A stretch of DNA of 124,000 nucleotides from Hyalangium minutum (GCF_000737315.1 NZ_JMCB01000013.1:144001-268000), one strand, 5' to 3'; positions 56,201-65,874 are shown, numbered from the stretch's first letter. The notes: a model not told the origin generated them from the letters alone. Made by a program: numbers and translations.

Positions 56201-57084
56201 CCATCGAGCGGGGCAAGGATCCCACCGCGAGCGCGGCGCTCTCCCGGGTGATCCAGCCGTTCCTGCTGCGGCGGACCAAGCAAGAGGTGGCGCGCGAGCT
56301 GCCGCCGAGGACGGAGATCCAGGTCCCCGTGGCGCTCTCCGAGGAGGAGTGGACGCTATACGAGGACGCGCGGCTGGCGGCGGTCGCGGAGCTCAGCAAG
56401 CAGGGCAAGGGGCTGCGCACCGAGCAGCAGCGCTTCCAGGTGCTCGCGGCGATCACCCGGCTGAGGTTGCTTGCGTCTCACCCGCGGCTCTACGACGGGC
56501 AGTCGAAGCTCGCGTCCTCGAAGATGCGGCGTCTGCTGGAGTTGCTGGAAGAACTGCGGAGCGAGGGCCACCGGGCGCTCGTGTTCAGCCAGTTCACCTC
56601 ACACCTCGAGCTCGTCCGCGAGGAACTGGATCGCGCCGGCTTCACGTACCAGTACCTCGATGGCGCGACGCCTGCGGCGACCCGAGCGAAGCGGATTCAG
56701 GACTTCCAGGAGGGGGCAGGGGAGATGTTCCTGATCTCGCTCAAGGCGGGAGGTACGGGCATCAACCTCACGGCTGCGGACTACGTCATCCACTTGGATC
56801 CCTGGTGGAACCCGGCGGTGGAGGATCAAGCGACGGATCGCGCCCACCGCATCGGCCAGACGCGGCCGGTGACGGTGTACCGGCTGATCGCCCGCGGTAC
56901 GATCGAGGAGCAGATCCTCTCGCTGCACTCGGACAAGCGCGCGTTGGTGGCGGGAGTGCTGGAGGGGACGGATGTGGCGGCGCGGCTGACGACAAAGGAT
57001 CTGCTCGCGCTACTGGCGGGGGGCGACTCTCCTCGCGAGCGGCAGGACGACGGGGAAGAACCCCGGGCCCGAACGGTGCACTGA
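53206..57084 (+). CDS. SWIM zinc-finger SNF2-family helicase
   Basis: Two SWIM-like motifs (CTCP...CKH, CSC...CVH), LADDMGLGKT, DEAQ, SGTPLEN, QATDRAHRIGQ. Confidence 0.92.
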   Translation: MSLPTLLTAENLRATAGSAFARGEVYWREGRVLSCVLENDALDGLVEGTAKYRVRVTAPGGVLVAHCTCPVRDAVCKHAVALSLSFLAQRGAVLEPPREAAVVVPSQEGPFATRDALDRWAEEHEVRHALAVSVAVLFPELPINEAQRQGLQHVLNGLALRDVGSRDGALRYVGARGRGLETALTEAAWAYLQQEAHAVRQGLTEEAARRESHPDEVLAPLWTRLLEVRRTLRPHAAPRSRERRALGTWSFDAAACVLTWRERDRVVRGGPDYGTIGVLTRLTFPGGYEGRVECSCATRQRGCVHALALVDTTLDVLDDSARNAEARRIAEELLRPSWARALKELELFEEESAKPRPSIEVWWCIEQELGTQSVSPVVKKQTRRGIMSAGARMTAARLLEEHRELLSETDLRVAEQLASWAPASRAAGTYPSRAFAGLVGHPRVLLEFRPEEPIEVKRVRLGFTALSADNHIRLEPSIEGERFSPKLLGALLRAFAPGEPLVTVEEQRNRCLLIDVNSEARQIWNVLEKHGDQFPPESHEQLLERLSRLEARLPLVVPPTLKGRELSSETTTVVRLRLLPDVSLELELLVRPGPGAPLFHPGVGPRDVLLTRNGERGYVRRQLIQEEQRARAAIAPLPLEGAEEGPPFCFRMGDTESALRLVAALQKPLPGVEVEWLDDKPFVASAAGPESLKVVIERKRDWFGINGDLKVEAGRIELAVLLDAARRQKRFVRVDAHRWVELSDTLRNRLLAVADHTFLGKNRAELSPGAVSAISALLEAGADVQAAPAWQLMTDRLAASLSLKPKPPSSLGTTLRDYQVEGHAWLSRVAAWGAGACLADDMGLGKTVQALSVMIERSRLGPALVLAPTSVAFNWTQEIQRFAPTLRPVLYAEQPDRAKCLAKLKKTDVLIVSYGLLVRDVASLSTLSFATLVVDEAQALKNPSTRRARAARQLNAGFRIALSGTPLENHLGELWSLFTIVFPGLLGSWEQFRERFASPIERGKDPTASAALSRVIQPFLLRRTKQEVARELPPRTEIQVPVALSEEEWTLYEDARLAAVAELSKQGKGLRTEQQRFQVLAAITRLRLLASHPRLYDGQSKLASSKMRRLLELLEELRSEGHRALVFSQFTSHLELVREELDRAGFTYQYLDGATPAATRAKRIQDFQEGAGEMFLISLKAGGTGINLTAADYVIHLDPWWNPAVEDQATDRAHRIGQTRPVTVYRLIARGTIEEQILSLHSDKRALVAGVLEGTDVAARLTTKDLLALLAGGDSPRERQDDGEEPRARTVH

Positions 57085-57101
57085 TCGTCCCTAGGCAGTC
57101 C

Positions 57102-57221
57102 TCATCCAGTGAGGCCGGAGAGGCGCAGGATGGCCACGACGAGGCCCGTGAGTCCGAGGAGCAGTCCGAACAGAGCCGCCCCTGCGGCATCGAGCTTCTT
57201 CCAGGTCCATGGAGTGTCCAT
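57102..57221 (-). CDS. 39-aa single-pass membrane microprotein (not in the ORF track)
   Basis: MDTPWTWKKLDAAGAALFGLLLGLTGLVVAILRLSGLTG*; GGAG RBS upstream. Confidence 0.5.
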   Translation of the reverse strand: MDTPWTWKKLDAAGAALFGLLLGLTGLVVAILRLSGLTG

Positions 57222-57246
57222 ACCCGGCTCCAGTCCGTGCCAAACG

Positions 57247-57339
57247 GGTCTGACAACCAGACCGGTTGCCGCTACGAACGAGCAGTGGGCCCCCTGGCGG
57301 CGGCGGTTTTTGGAAACTGGTCTGACAAGCAGACCAGTT
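57247..57339. promoter_or_regulatory. Two GGTCTG-N5-CAGACC palindromes (putative GntR/FadR-type operators)
   Basis: GGTCTG-ACAAC-CAGACC (57247-57263) and AACTGGTCTG-ACAAG-CAGACCAGTT (57315-57339). Confidence 0.55.
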
Positions 57340-57453
57340 CAGTCGGATTGCGACGGGAGAGGGTGGGATGCCCACATGGTTGGTGACTTCTTGTCAGACC
57401 CATGAGGTAGGCTGGGCTGAGTGGGGACTCGAAGGTCCTCGCCGGAGACGGTC

Positions 57454-58971
57454 ATGGGGAAGAAGGTCGCCTCGCTGGATGTAGATCCGCTCAGCCTCCC
57501 GCTGGGGATGCGGATGGGGCCCTGGCGGATTGTGGGCTGGGGCGGCCGAGGCGCCTACGGCACCGTTTACCGTGTGGAGCGCGTGGGACATGAACTGGAA
57601 GGTCCCTTTGCGCTCAAACTGGCGGTCTTCCCCGAGGATGAGCGCTTCGAGCGAGAGGCGTGGTTGCTCCGCCACATCCAGAGTGCTTCGGTGCCTCACC
57701 TCTATGCGCAGGGGGTATGGGAGCACGCATCGGGGCGCTATCGCTACCTGGTGATGCAGTGGGTGGAGGGCGAGCCGCTGTATGAGTGGTCCGCTCGGCG
57801 CAACCCCACTGAGTCCCGGGTGGTGGAACTGTTGCTACAGGTGGCGAAGGCGGTGGAGGCCACGCATGCGGTGGGAGCGGTGCACCGCGACGTGAAGGGC
57901 GGGAACGTTCTGGTGAGGCTCACGGACGGGCGAGCCTTCCTGATGGACTTCGGGGCAGGGCACTACCGGGGAGCGGCGACGCTGACCTCGAAGGTGCTCC
58001 CGCCCGGCACTCCCGCGTATCGCAGCCCTGAGGCCTGGGGATTTCTCCGCCTGTTCCTTCGCCACCCGACGGCTCACTATCCGGCCAGCGCGAGCGATGA
58101 CCTGTTCGCCCTGGGAATCACGGCCTACCGGTTGGTGACGGACGAGTATCCGCCCTCCACGGATCCTCAAGCGCCAGGGGCGGAGGTGTGGCGCGAGGGG
58201 GGACCAGGACCTCGGCCGCCCCGTGAGCTGAACCCGCGTGTGAGCCCCGAGCTGGATGCGCTGATCCTGAGGCTGTTGGCGCCCGCTCCCGTGGATCGCT
58301 TCAACGGCCGGGCTCAGGAGTTGGTCGCGGCGCTGGAGGAGATGAAGGAGAGGGCGGGGCCCGAGAGGAATGAGCCTCTCTTCGGCTGGTCACACGCGCA
58401 CGACACACGCTGGCGATCGCTGGGAGGCGTGCGTCTGGCTGAGGAGCGGGACGCGGCAAGGAGAGAACGCGAGAAGCGCGAGCTGGAGGTCCGGGCTCGC
58501 GCAGAGGCTGCGAACCGCTTGGCGGAGCCCCCGCGCTCAGTGGCTGTGTGGAGCGTTGAAGGGGGGATAGCCGCCATGGGGCTGCTGCTCACCTGTCTGC
58601 TGGTGACCGGGCTCTATCGGGGCCAGCAGGAGGCGCAGACTGCTTCGGCGAAGGAGCACCGCCAGAGGGACACGGCCGCAGTAGGGGACGGCGCGGGTGC
58701 CATTTCCGCGTCGGCGGATGCCTCGGTGCCTGCGGGGAATGCGAAGTCGGCAGTGGGGCTTCCGCTGCCCGAGAAGCTCTTCCCTGGCCAGCGGAAGCCG
58801 CCGTGCAACAGGTTTGGAGAGGTGGAGGTCCGTGGCGGCTGCTGGTGGCTCTTGGGCGCTGGCAAGCCGCCTTGCAAGGAGAAGGGCAAAGAGGACGGCT
58901 ATGAGTGGAAGGGGGCTTGCTACACGCCCTCATACCAAATGGGTCGCGAGCCCACGTCCAAGCCGCCGTGA
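57454..58971 (+). CDS. Ser/Thr protein kinase with C-terminal Cys-containing extracytoplasmic domain
   Basis: GRGAYG, ALKL, HRDVKGGN, DFG and SPE motifs, a TM helix and a PGQRKPPC...GGCW...CY domain. Confidence 0.85.
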   Translation: MGKKVASLDVDPLSLPLGMRMGPWRIVGWGGRGAYGTVYRVERVGHELEGPFALKLAVFPEDERFEREAWLLRHIQSASVPHLYAQGVWEHASGRYRYLVMQWVEGEPLYEWSARRNPTESRVVELLLQVAKAVEATHAVGAVHRDVKGGNVLVRLTDGRAFLMDFGAGHYRGAATLTSKVLPPGTPAYRSPEAWGFLRLFLRHPTAHYPASASDDLFALGITAYRLVTDEYPPSTDPQAPGAEVWREGGPGPRPPRELNPRVSPELDALILRLLAPAPVDRFNGRAQELVAALEEMKERAGPERNEPLFGWSHAHDTRWRSLGGVRLAEERDAARREREKRELEVRARAEAANRLAEPPRSVAVWSVEGGIAAMGLLLTCLLVTGLYRGQQEAQTASAKEHRQRDTAAVGDGAGAISASADASVPAGNAKSAVGLPLPEKLFPGQRKPPCNRFGEVEVRGGCWWLLGAGKPPCKEKGKEDGYEWKGACYTPSYQMGREPTSKPP

Positions 58972-59112
58972 ACCGTGGCCAGGTTCAGCATCTGCGTCAG
59001 TGGAAGCGGATCAAGCGTGGGCTTACTGGCGGCGCGAAAAATCCCCACGAGCGTGTGGTAGGAGGGCACTCGTGAAGAGGATGTCCCCCGTGAGCAACAG
59101 CTTGGTGACCCC

Positions 59113-60423
59113 ATGACGCTTCCCCGGACGCCAGAGGAAGCGGTCGAATTCCTCGCCCGGCTCAGCCCTTCCGTCATCAAGCCCGGCCTCGAACGGATGA
59201 ATCCGGCTCTCGAGGCCCTCGGCCATCCCGAGCGCCGAATCCGCTCGCTTCATGTCGCGGGCACCAATGGCAAGGGCAGCACCTGTGCCTTCGCCTCCAC
59301 CGCCCTTCGCGCCGCGGGCCACCGCGTGGGCCTCTACACCTCGCCTCACCTGGAGCGCGTCACCGAGCGCTTCCAGATCAACGGCGAGGAGATCTCCCCC
59401 AAGCTGCTCGGCCGCCGCATCCTCGAGATCCTCGAGCGCTACCCGGAGGCCGCCGCCACTCCCGCGCCGCTCACGTACTTCGAGTTCGGCACCGTGATCG
59501 CCTTCTGGCACTTCGCCCAGGAGGCCGTGGACATCGCTGTCCTGGAAACTGGCCTCGGTGGCCGCTTGGATGCCACCAATGTCGTGGCCCCGCTCGTCAC
59601 CGTCATCACGCCTATCTCCTTTGATCACATGGAGTATCTGGGCCACACGCTCGGAGCCATCGCAGGCGAGAAGGCCGGCATCCTCAAGCCCACCGTCCCC
59701 GTCGTCGTCAGCCGCCAGGAGCCAGAGGCCCTCGAAGCCATCTCCCGCGTCGCAGCCCAGGTCGGCGCTCCCATGCTCCTCGAGGGGCTCGACTTCGCCG
59801 TGGAGTCTCTCCCCACAGGGCTCTCCTACAGGGGACCGCGGTGGAACCTGGACGGGCTCTCACTCTCCCTCCGAGGCCCTCACCAGCGGCAGAACGCCGC
59901 TGTCGCGCTCGCGGCCCTGGAGCAGCTCGATGCCTGGGGCATCTCCGTCCCCACGGATGCCGCAGTGAAGGGCCTGGCCTCCGCTCGCTGGCCCGGCCGC
60001 TTGGAGGAGGTGAGCAGCCAGCCAGCCGTCGTGCTCGATGGGGCGCACAACCCCGGCGGAGTCGCTGTGCTCCTGGCCTCGCTCGACAGCCTGTACCCCG
60101 GCCGACGCATCCACGCCGTCTTCGGTGTCGTCGCCGACAAGGACCGCGCTCCCATGATGCGCGGCCTCTTCCCTCGCTGCGCCTCCGTCCACCTCACGCC
60201 CCTGGACACGCCGCGCTCGCTTGCCCCCGAGCGCTACCTCGCGGAGGCCCGGGCACTGTGCGCCGATGTGCGGGCCTATGCTGGCTTGGATGACGCCCTG
60301 GCAGGCGCCAAGGCCCTCGCGATGGAGGGGGACGTCATCTTATGTACGGGCTCACTCTTTCTGGTGGGAGCGGCTCGCGCGCGCTTCGTCAGAAACCTTG
60401 GCGCAATGCAGCAGCAGTCATAA
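59113..60423 (+). CDS. folC: Folylpolyglutamate synthase/dihydrofolate synthase
   Basis: HVAGTNGKGST, YTSPHL, ETGLGGRLDATN and DGAHNP motifs. Confidence 0.95.
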   Translation: MTLPRTPEEAVEFLARLSPSVIKPGLERMNPALEALGHPERRIRSLHVAGTNGKGSTCAFASTALRAAGHRVGLYTSPHLERVTERFQINGEEISPKLLGRRILEILERYPEAAATPAPLTYFEFGTVIAFWHFAQEAVDIAVLETGLGGRLDATNVVAPLVTVITPISFDHMEYLGHTLGAIAGEKAGILKPTVPVVVSRQEPEALEAISRVAAQVGAPMLLEGLDFAVESLPTGLSYRGPRWNLDGLSLSLRGPHQRQNAAVALAALEQLDAWGISVPTDAAVKGLASARWPGRLEEVSSQPAVVLDGAHNPGGVAVLLASLDSLYPGRRIHAVFGVVADKDRAPMMRGLFPRCASVHLTPLDTPRSLAPERYLAEARALCADVRAYAGLDDALAGAKALAMEGDVILCTGSLFLVGAARARFVRNLGAMQQQS

Positions 60424-60432
60424 ATTCCAGGT

Positions 60433-61710
60433 ATGCGCCTCCCGGATGATTGGAGAACCGCGCCCACGGGGCCGCGGATACCGACGGTCGACGAGGTCGA
60501 CTTCCGGGCGCTCTACCAGAAGACGAAGTACGTGGTGGAGACCGCCGACGGCTGGTCATTGATGATGACCCGCTACCGGCCCGTGAAGCAGCAATTCCCG
60601 CAGCCGCTGTTCGGCGAGGTGCTGCTCCTGGTCCACGGCTTCTCCCAGAACCGCCACGCGTGGACCAGCGGGCAGTTCGTGAAGAACCTCCTGTTCTTCG
60701 GCGTGGACATTCACATCCTCGAGCTGCGCGGCCACGGCAAGAGCTCCCTGGATCTGCAGCGCGAGCGCTGTGCCCGCTTCCGCCGACCTCTCCCGCCCGA
60801 CCTCGAGTACGGCTGGGACATCGACAGCTACTTCCTCTACGACTTGCCCGCCGCTGTCTCCGGCGTGAAGCGCATCACCCGGCGCGACAAGATCTTCTAC
60901 TGCGGCCATTCCATGGGCGGGATGCTCGGCTACGGCTACGCCGGCATCCACGACGACTTCGAGGGCCTGATCACCATTGGCTCCCCGGCGGATCTCGGCC
61001 GGGGTTTTTTGATGCTCAAGGCCCTGGCCATGGGCGCGCCGGCGCTCGGTGGCCTGGTGGACATGACGTTGGCCGGGCTCAACGTGCAGAACCGCATCGG
61101 GCACCTGGGCCGCACGCTGCTGTCCAAGGGCGCCCAGGCGGTGAGCCGCGAGCTGGGCCAGCGGCTCAAGCCGACGTCGGAGCCGAAAGACACCCTCTTC
61201 AACTACGTCCCCGTGGACGCCTGGCTGAAGTACGCCGAGAAGAAGCTCGCTCTCGCCGAGGGCCACCCCATCTACGAAGAGGTCGTCCGGCGCATCAACA
61301 AGCTGAGCAACCCCGCCCGCGTGAAGGCCCAGGACGTCCGTTGGCTCCTTCGCGAGGGAGGCGAGCGAGAGCCTCGCAAGGTGATCGAGCAGTTCGCCCG
61401 GTGGATCCGCCGCGGCGAGATGGTCTGCTACCGCACGGACTACGACTTCAAGCGCGGCTTCTCGAAGATCGCGATCCCCATGGCCATCATCTTCGGAGAC
61501 ATGGATCCGCTGGCCTCGGTGGAGTCCACCCGCAGTGTCTACCGCGCCGCCAAGAGTGAATACCTCCTCTGGCGCCCTGTGAAGGGCAACAGCCACATCG
61601 AGCTGACCATGGGGCACGACATCCGGCAGATCTGTTACGACATCAAGAACCTCATCGAATACGCCAGAACCCACCGCTCGCGTTCCCCGGTGCTGCCGCG
61701 CGTTCGTTAG
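60433..61710 (+). CDS. Alpha/beta hydrolase
   Basis: LLVHGF, GHSMGG nucleophile elbow and a C-terminal His. Confidence 0.8.
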   Translation: MRLPDDWRTAPTGPRIPTVDEVDFRALYQKTKYVVETADGWSLMMTRYRPVKQQFPQPLFGEVLLLVHGFSQNRHAWTSGQFVKNLLFFGVDIHILELRGHGKSSLDLQRERCARFRRPLPPDLEYGWDIDSYFLYDLPAAVSGVKRITRRDKIFYCGHSMGGMLGYGYAGIHDDFEGLITIGSPADLGRGFLMLKALAMGAPALGGLVDMTLAGLNVQNRIGHLGRTLLSKGAQAVSRELGQRLKPTSEPKDTLFNYVPVDAWLKYAEKKLALAEGHPIYEEVVRRINKLSNPARVKAQDVRWLLREGGEREPRKVIEQFARWIRRGEMVCYRTDYDFKRGFSKIAIPMAIIFGDMDPLASVESTRSVYRAAKSEYLLWRPVKGNSHIELTMGHDIRQICYDIKNLIEYARTHRSRSPVLPRVR

Positions 61711-61794
61711 ACCCGGGGGCCGGCCCCGGGCGTTAAGTTGGAGCCAGGGGGCCCATGCTCTACAGTCGGGTTCTCTGAGAAGGGGTGTCGTTCA

Positions 61795-63306
61795 ATGAAG
61801 TGGCTGGCGGTCTGCGTGCTCGGTGGGGTGCTGCTGCCCCTGCTGGCGTTCGCGCAGGACAAGGTAGAGCTCAACGCCATCACCAGCGTGAAGGTGAACG
61901 GCTCCACGGTGGAGATCACCGGGAGCAAGAAGCCCAACTTCACCACCTTCACCATGACAGACCCGCCGCGGCTCGTCATCGATATCTCCGAGGCCGTCCT
62001 CAAGGGTGTGCCAGAGGAGATGCGAGTGAACGCCGGCCTCATCACCGGCCTGCGCGCCGCCAACTACGGCTCGGACTCGTCCGCCATCGCTCGCGTTCTC
62101 ATCGGCTACGACCGGGACGTGGAGACCGACATCCTGGTGAGCGGCAGTGTGCTCTCGGTGAAGGTGCTGGACGGCTCCAGCCCTGCCGTGGCCCAGACGC
62201 TCCCGGAGCCCAAGCAGCCCCTCGTGGCCGCCAATGGCCCCACGGCCGCCGAGGCCCAGGCCGCCGCCACGCAGGCCACTCAGGCGTCCCAGCAGGAGCG
62301 CGCCACCCAGGAGACGGCTGCGGCGGAGGCGGCTTCGGCGGCGAAGAAGACCGACGCGGAGCTTCGCCAGCAGGAGGAGGCCGCGCGCGTGGCCTCCGCG
62401 AAGAAGTCCGAGGAGGATCGCCGCGCCCAGGAACTGGCCGCCGCCGAGGAGAAGAAGCGCCAGGAAGAGCAGGTCCGCGCCGAGGCGGAGGCCCAGAAGC
62501 TGGCCACCGCCGAGGAGAAGAAGCGCCAGCTAGAGCAGGCTCGCGCCGAGGTGGAGGCCAAGAAGCAGGCCGAACTCGACGAGAAGAAGCGCAAGGCGGA
62601 GGAGGCCGAGGCAAAGCGTCTGGCCGCCACCGAGGAGAAGAAGCGCCAGCTAGAGCAGGCTCGCGCCGAGACGGAGGCCAAGAAGCAGGCCGAGCTCGAC
62701 GAGAAGAAGCGCAAGGCGGAGGAGGCCGAGGAGCGCCGTCTGGCCGCGCTGGAGGAGAAGAAGCGCAGGTCCGAGGAGGCTCGCGCCGAGGTCGACACCC
62801 GGAAGCAGCAGGAGACCGACGAGCGGAAGCGCCGTTCCGAGGAGGCCGAGGCGAAGCGCCTGGCCTCCGCCGAGGAGAGGAAGCGCCAGGAGACCGAGGG
62901 TGGCAGTCGGGTGGCCAGTGCCGAGGTGCCTCGCCGGACCGAGCCTCCCGCCGCCTCGCCCGAGCCCGCCACCACGGGCCGCCGCAAGACGCTGGAGATT
63001 GTCGGCTTCCAACAGAAGACGGGTGGCTCACGTGTCTACGTGCGTACAAATGAGCCAGTGAGCTACAAAGTCTCCGAGGGACGCAACGAGATCGTCCTCA
63101 TGCTGGAGAACACGCAGATCGGCAAGGGCAACAACACCCGTGCGCTCGACACCTCGTTCTTCGATACCGCCGTGGCTCGCGTGGACCCGACCGTGGGGCC
63201 TGACCGGTCCGTCCGCGTCTCCATCAAGCTCAAGGAGCAGGTGTCCGTCCAGACGCGCCAGGAGGGCAACACCATCACCCTGGAGTTCCCGCGCCCCGAG
63301 CGCTGA
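61795..63306 (+). CDS. Secreted AMIN-domain protein with charged coiled-coil stalk
   Basis: Signal peptide; N-terminal AMIN (DPPRLVIDI) and a C-terminal AMIN-like domain separated by EEKKR repeats. Confidence 0.8.
   Translation: MKWLAVCVLGGVLLPLLAFAQDKVELNAITSVKVNGSTVEITGSKKPNFTTFTMTDPPRLVIDISEAVLKGVPEEMRVNAGLITGLRAANYGSDSSAIARVLIGYDRDVETDILVSGSVLSVKVLDGSSPAVAQTLPEPKQPLVAANGPTAAEAQAAATQATQASQQERATQETAAAEAASAAKKTDAELRQQEEAARVASAKKSEEDRRAQELAAAEEKKRQEEQVRAEAEAQKLATAEEKKRQLEQARAEVEAKKQAELDEKKRKAEEAEAKRLAATEEKKRQLEQARAETEAKKQAELDEKKRKAEEAEERRLAALEEKKRRSEEARAEVDTRKQQETDERKRRSEEAEAKRLASAEERKRQETEGGSRVASAEVPRRTEPPAASPEPATTGRRKTLEIVGFQQKTGGSRVYVRTNEPVSYKVSEGRNEIVLMLENTQIGKGNNTRALDTSFFDTAVARVDPTVGPDRSVRVSIKLKEQVSVQTRQEGNTITLEFPRPER
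62491..62766 (+). repeat. Intragenic ~120-bp tandem repeat (40 aa) in the AMIN protein
   Basis: GAGGAGAAGAAGCGCCAGCTAGAGCAGGCTCGCGCCGAG...GACGAGAAGAAGCGCAAGGCGGAGGAGGCCGAG recurs at a 120-bp period, with degenerate flanking copies. Confidence 0.85.
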
Positions 63307-63318
63307 GCCGAGGAGGCC

Positions 63319-65874
63319 ATGAGCCTGCTCGCCCCGGCGGCCCTCGCGCTGCTCGTCTCCGCGCAGATTCCGCTGGCCACCCAGATCCAGCTCCCCACCG
63401 GGGACACGGTCGAGGTGGCCGCGGACTACGTCGTCTACGAGCCGGACAAGCAGGTCCTCACCGCGCGCGGCCACACCGAGCTGCGCACCGCGGAGACGCT
63501 GCTGCGCGCCGAGGAAGTCACCTACGATCAGGCCAACCAGAGGGCCCGCGCCAGCGGCGGGGTGATGTTCGTGAGCGGACAGTTCGCCGCCGTGGCGGAC
63601 GAGGTGGAGGTGGACCTCAAGTCCAACGAGGCCAACGTCAAGGGCGGCCTCTTCATGCAGAAGCGCAACGTCACCTCCGAGGCCCTGCGCAGCGCGGAGA
63701 CGCCCCAGCAACTGCGGCAGATGGGCGAGACGCCCGTGCTGATCAGCGGTACGCGAATCAAACGCACGGGGCCCAACGCCTTCGCGGTGGATGATCTCGC
63801 CTTCACCCCGTGCGAGTGCGGCCCCGGTGAGCCGAGCTGGCGCGTGGAGGCCAACAACGCCAACGTGCAGATGGGCGAGCGCGCCATTCTCACCTGGCCC
63901 GTGGTCTACGTGCACTCGGTGCCGGTGTTCGCGCTGCCGTGGCTGTACCTCCCGCTGGCCGAGCGGCGCTCGGGCCTGCTGGTGCCTCGGCCCACCACCT
64001 CGAGCCTCTTCGGCTTCGGCATTGATCAGCCTGTCTTCCTCACGCTCGGGCGCAGCTACGATCTCACGCTGACGCCGGGCTACTACACGGGTGGCTCCCA
64101 GGAGGATCATGTTCTCTCCGAGGCGGTGACGCGCAAGGAGCCGCGCTACTTCGGCGTCAAAGGCCCGCGCCTGCACACCGAGTTCCGTTACGTGCCCAGC
64201 GAGCGCACCCGGGGCCGGGCCACCTTGGGCTTTCTCTATGATCTGCGGCCCCCGCGAGACCCGAACAATGGCACCTTCTACCGGGTGGACGGTGGCACCA
64301 ACGAGGCCCTCTCCGAGCATCGCGGCCTGCGCGCAGAGGCCTCCTGGCAGCACACCCAAGACATGGGCAACGGCTTCCGCAACCGGGTGGATGCCGCGTT
64401 CGTCTCGGACGGCTTCTACACGCGCGACTTCACCGCGGACATCGTCGCCCGCGAGAACCAGTACCTGCGCAGCAGTGCCGTGCTCTACCACCGGGGCGAG
64501 GAGCACTACGCGGGCGTGGATGTGTCGCTCCGCCAGGACATCCGTTGGGGCTTCTCCTTCCTGAGGGAAGACCGCGTCCCGGCTGCCACGGATCCGACGC
64601 GGCCACTCGTCCCCGGGCCGCTCACCTTTCAGCGTCTGCCCTCCATCACCGTGGCCCTTCCCGAGCGCCTCCTCGGCAAGCGCTGGGCGGCGGGGCTGCG
64701 CGTGGAGTTCTCCCGGCTCTCGCCGCTCACTCGGAGCTACGGCGACGAGGGCGAGGACGGCCTCTTCAACGCCTCGCGAGCCTATGAGGTCCTCAACGAG
64801 GATGGCACCAAGACGCCGCTGCCCGATTCCACCCAGTCGAACGGTGTGTTCGATGCCTCGGATCGCGAGGCCCGGAACCGGCTGGACTTCTTCCCACGTC
64901 TCTCCACTTCGGTGGGGTTGGGACCGTATGCGCGGCTGACACCCTCGCTGGCCCTCCGCCAGGACTTCTACCTGGGCGAGCGCTCGGGCCACGTCGCCCA
65001 GCGTGGCTACCCGCTGCTCGGGGTCGCGGTGGACTCGGAGCTGGCTCGCACCTACGAGGAGGGCTCTGCTGCATGGCGTCACACCCTCCGACCTTCCGTG
65101 GAAGTGCGTTATGTGCCAGGGGTGTGGGGAGGCGTGCCTTCACCCGGCGCTTCGCCCGATCGTCCGCCCCAGCGCTACGACGAGCTTGACGCGGCGCTTC
65201 CCGTTGGCGCGGACGGCCGCGATCGCGGCTTCCTGCACGCAGTGGTGGAGGTGAGCCAGAGCCTCCAGCGCAAGCAAGGGGACCAGCGGCGAGAGGTGCT
65301 CCGCCTGCGCCTCGGTCAGGGCTTTGATCTGTCCCGACACGCCCCTACCTTTGGAGGTGGCTCCTACGGAGAGGAGAGGGGAGTGTTGCGCGATACCTAT
65401 GCGCGGGTGAATGCCAGTGCAGGTGTGCTCAACGCGGGCGCGCTGGTTCGCTTCGATCCCATTTCCGAACAGATCTCCCAGCTCAGCGCGGATGCCTCCA
65501 TCGACAACGGGAAGGGCGAAGCGCTCTACGCGCGTTATGACGATCTGCTGGCGGTGGGTTCGGATCGACTCCGGCGAGGGATCGACGCCTTGGTTGGCCC
65601 CGCAGCGGAGAGTCGAGCCCGTGCTCAGCTGCTCGTCGCGGGTTCGCGTTTGTCGCTCGGAATTGGACTCGGTCTGCGATACGAAGCCATCGTGCAGCCA
65701 CTTGCGAAGACGCAGTCTCCGCTCGCCCAGCAGGTGCTGGGCGTATCGTATGGTCCCGCTTGTGATTGCTGGCGTATCGAGGGAGTGGCCACGCTGAGGC
65801 GGGGCCAGAAGCGTCCAGACTTTGGTGTGAACTTGAGTGTGGCCGGTGTTGGCGCGTTCGGGTCAGGAAGTTGA
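63319..65874 (+). CDS. lptD: LPS-assembly protein LptD-like
   Basis: N-terminal jellyroll (FTPCECGPGEPSW), RRSGLLVP, and a long beta-barrel ending in a C-terminal aromatic strand. Confidence 0.8.
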   Translation: MSLLAPAALALLVSAQIPLATQIQLPTGDTVEVAADYVVYEPDKQVLTARGHTELRTAETLLRAEEVTYDQANQRARASGGVMFVSGQFAAVADEVEVDLKSNEANVKGGLFMQKRNVTSEALRSAETPQQLRQMGETPVLISGTRIKRTGPNAFAVDDLAFTPCECGPGEPSWRVEANNANVQMGERAILTWPVVYVHSVPVFALPWLYLPLAERRSGLLVPRPTTSSLFGFGIDQPVFLTLGRSYDLTLTPGYYTGGSQEDHVLSEAVTRKEPRYFGVKGPRLHTEFRYVPSERTRGRATLGFLYDLRPPRDPNNGTFYRVDGGTNEALSEHRGLRAEASWQHTQDMGNGFRNRVDAAFVSDGFYTRDFTADIVARENQYLRSSAVLYHRGEEHYAGVDVSLRQDIRWGFSFLREDRVPAATDPTRPLVPGPLTFQRLPSITVALPERLLGKRWAAGLRVEFSRLSPLTRSYGDEGEDGLFNASRAYEVLNEDGTKTPLPDSTQSNGVFDASDREARNRLDFFPRLSTSVGLGPYARLTPSLALRQDFYLGERSGHVAQRGYPLLGVAVDSELARTYEEGSAAWRHTLRPSVEVRYVPGVWGGVPSPGASPDRPPQRYDELDAALPVGADGRDRGFLHAVVEVSQSLQRKQGDQRREVLRLRLGQGFDLSRHAPTFGGGSYGEERGVLRDTYARVNASAGVLNAGALVRFDPISEQISQLSADASIDNGKGEALYARYDDLLAVGSDRLRRGIDALVGPAAESRARAQLLVAGSRLSLGIGLGLRYEAIVQPLAKTQSPLAQQVLGVSYGPACDCWRIEGVATLRRGQKRPDFGVNLSVAGVGAFGSGS

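Noticed and set aside
62491-62766. 120-bp tandem repeats as a CRISPR array or mobile repeat
   Set aside because: They are in-frame coding repeats inside the AMIN protein, with no unique spacers.
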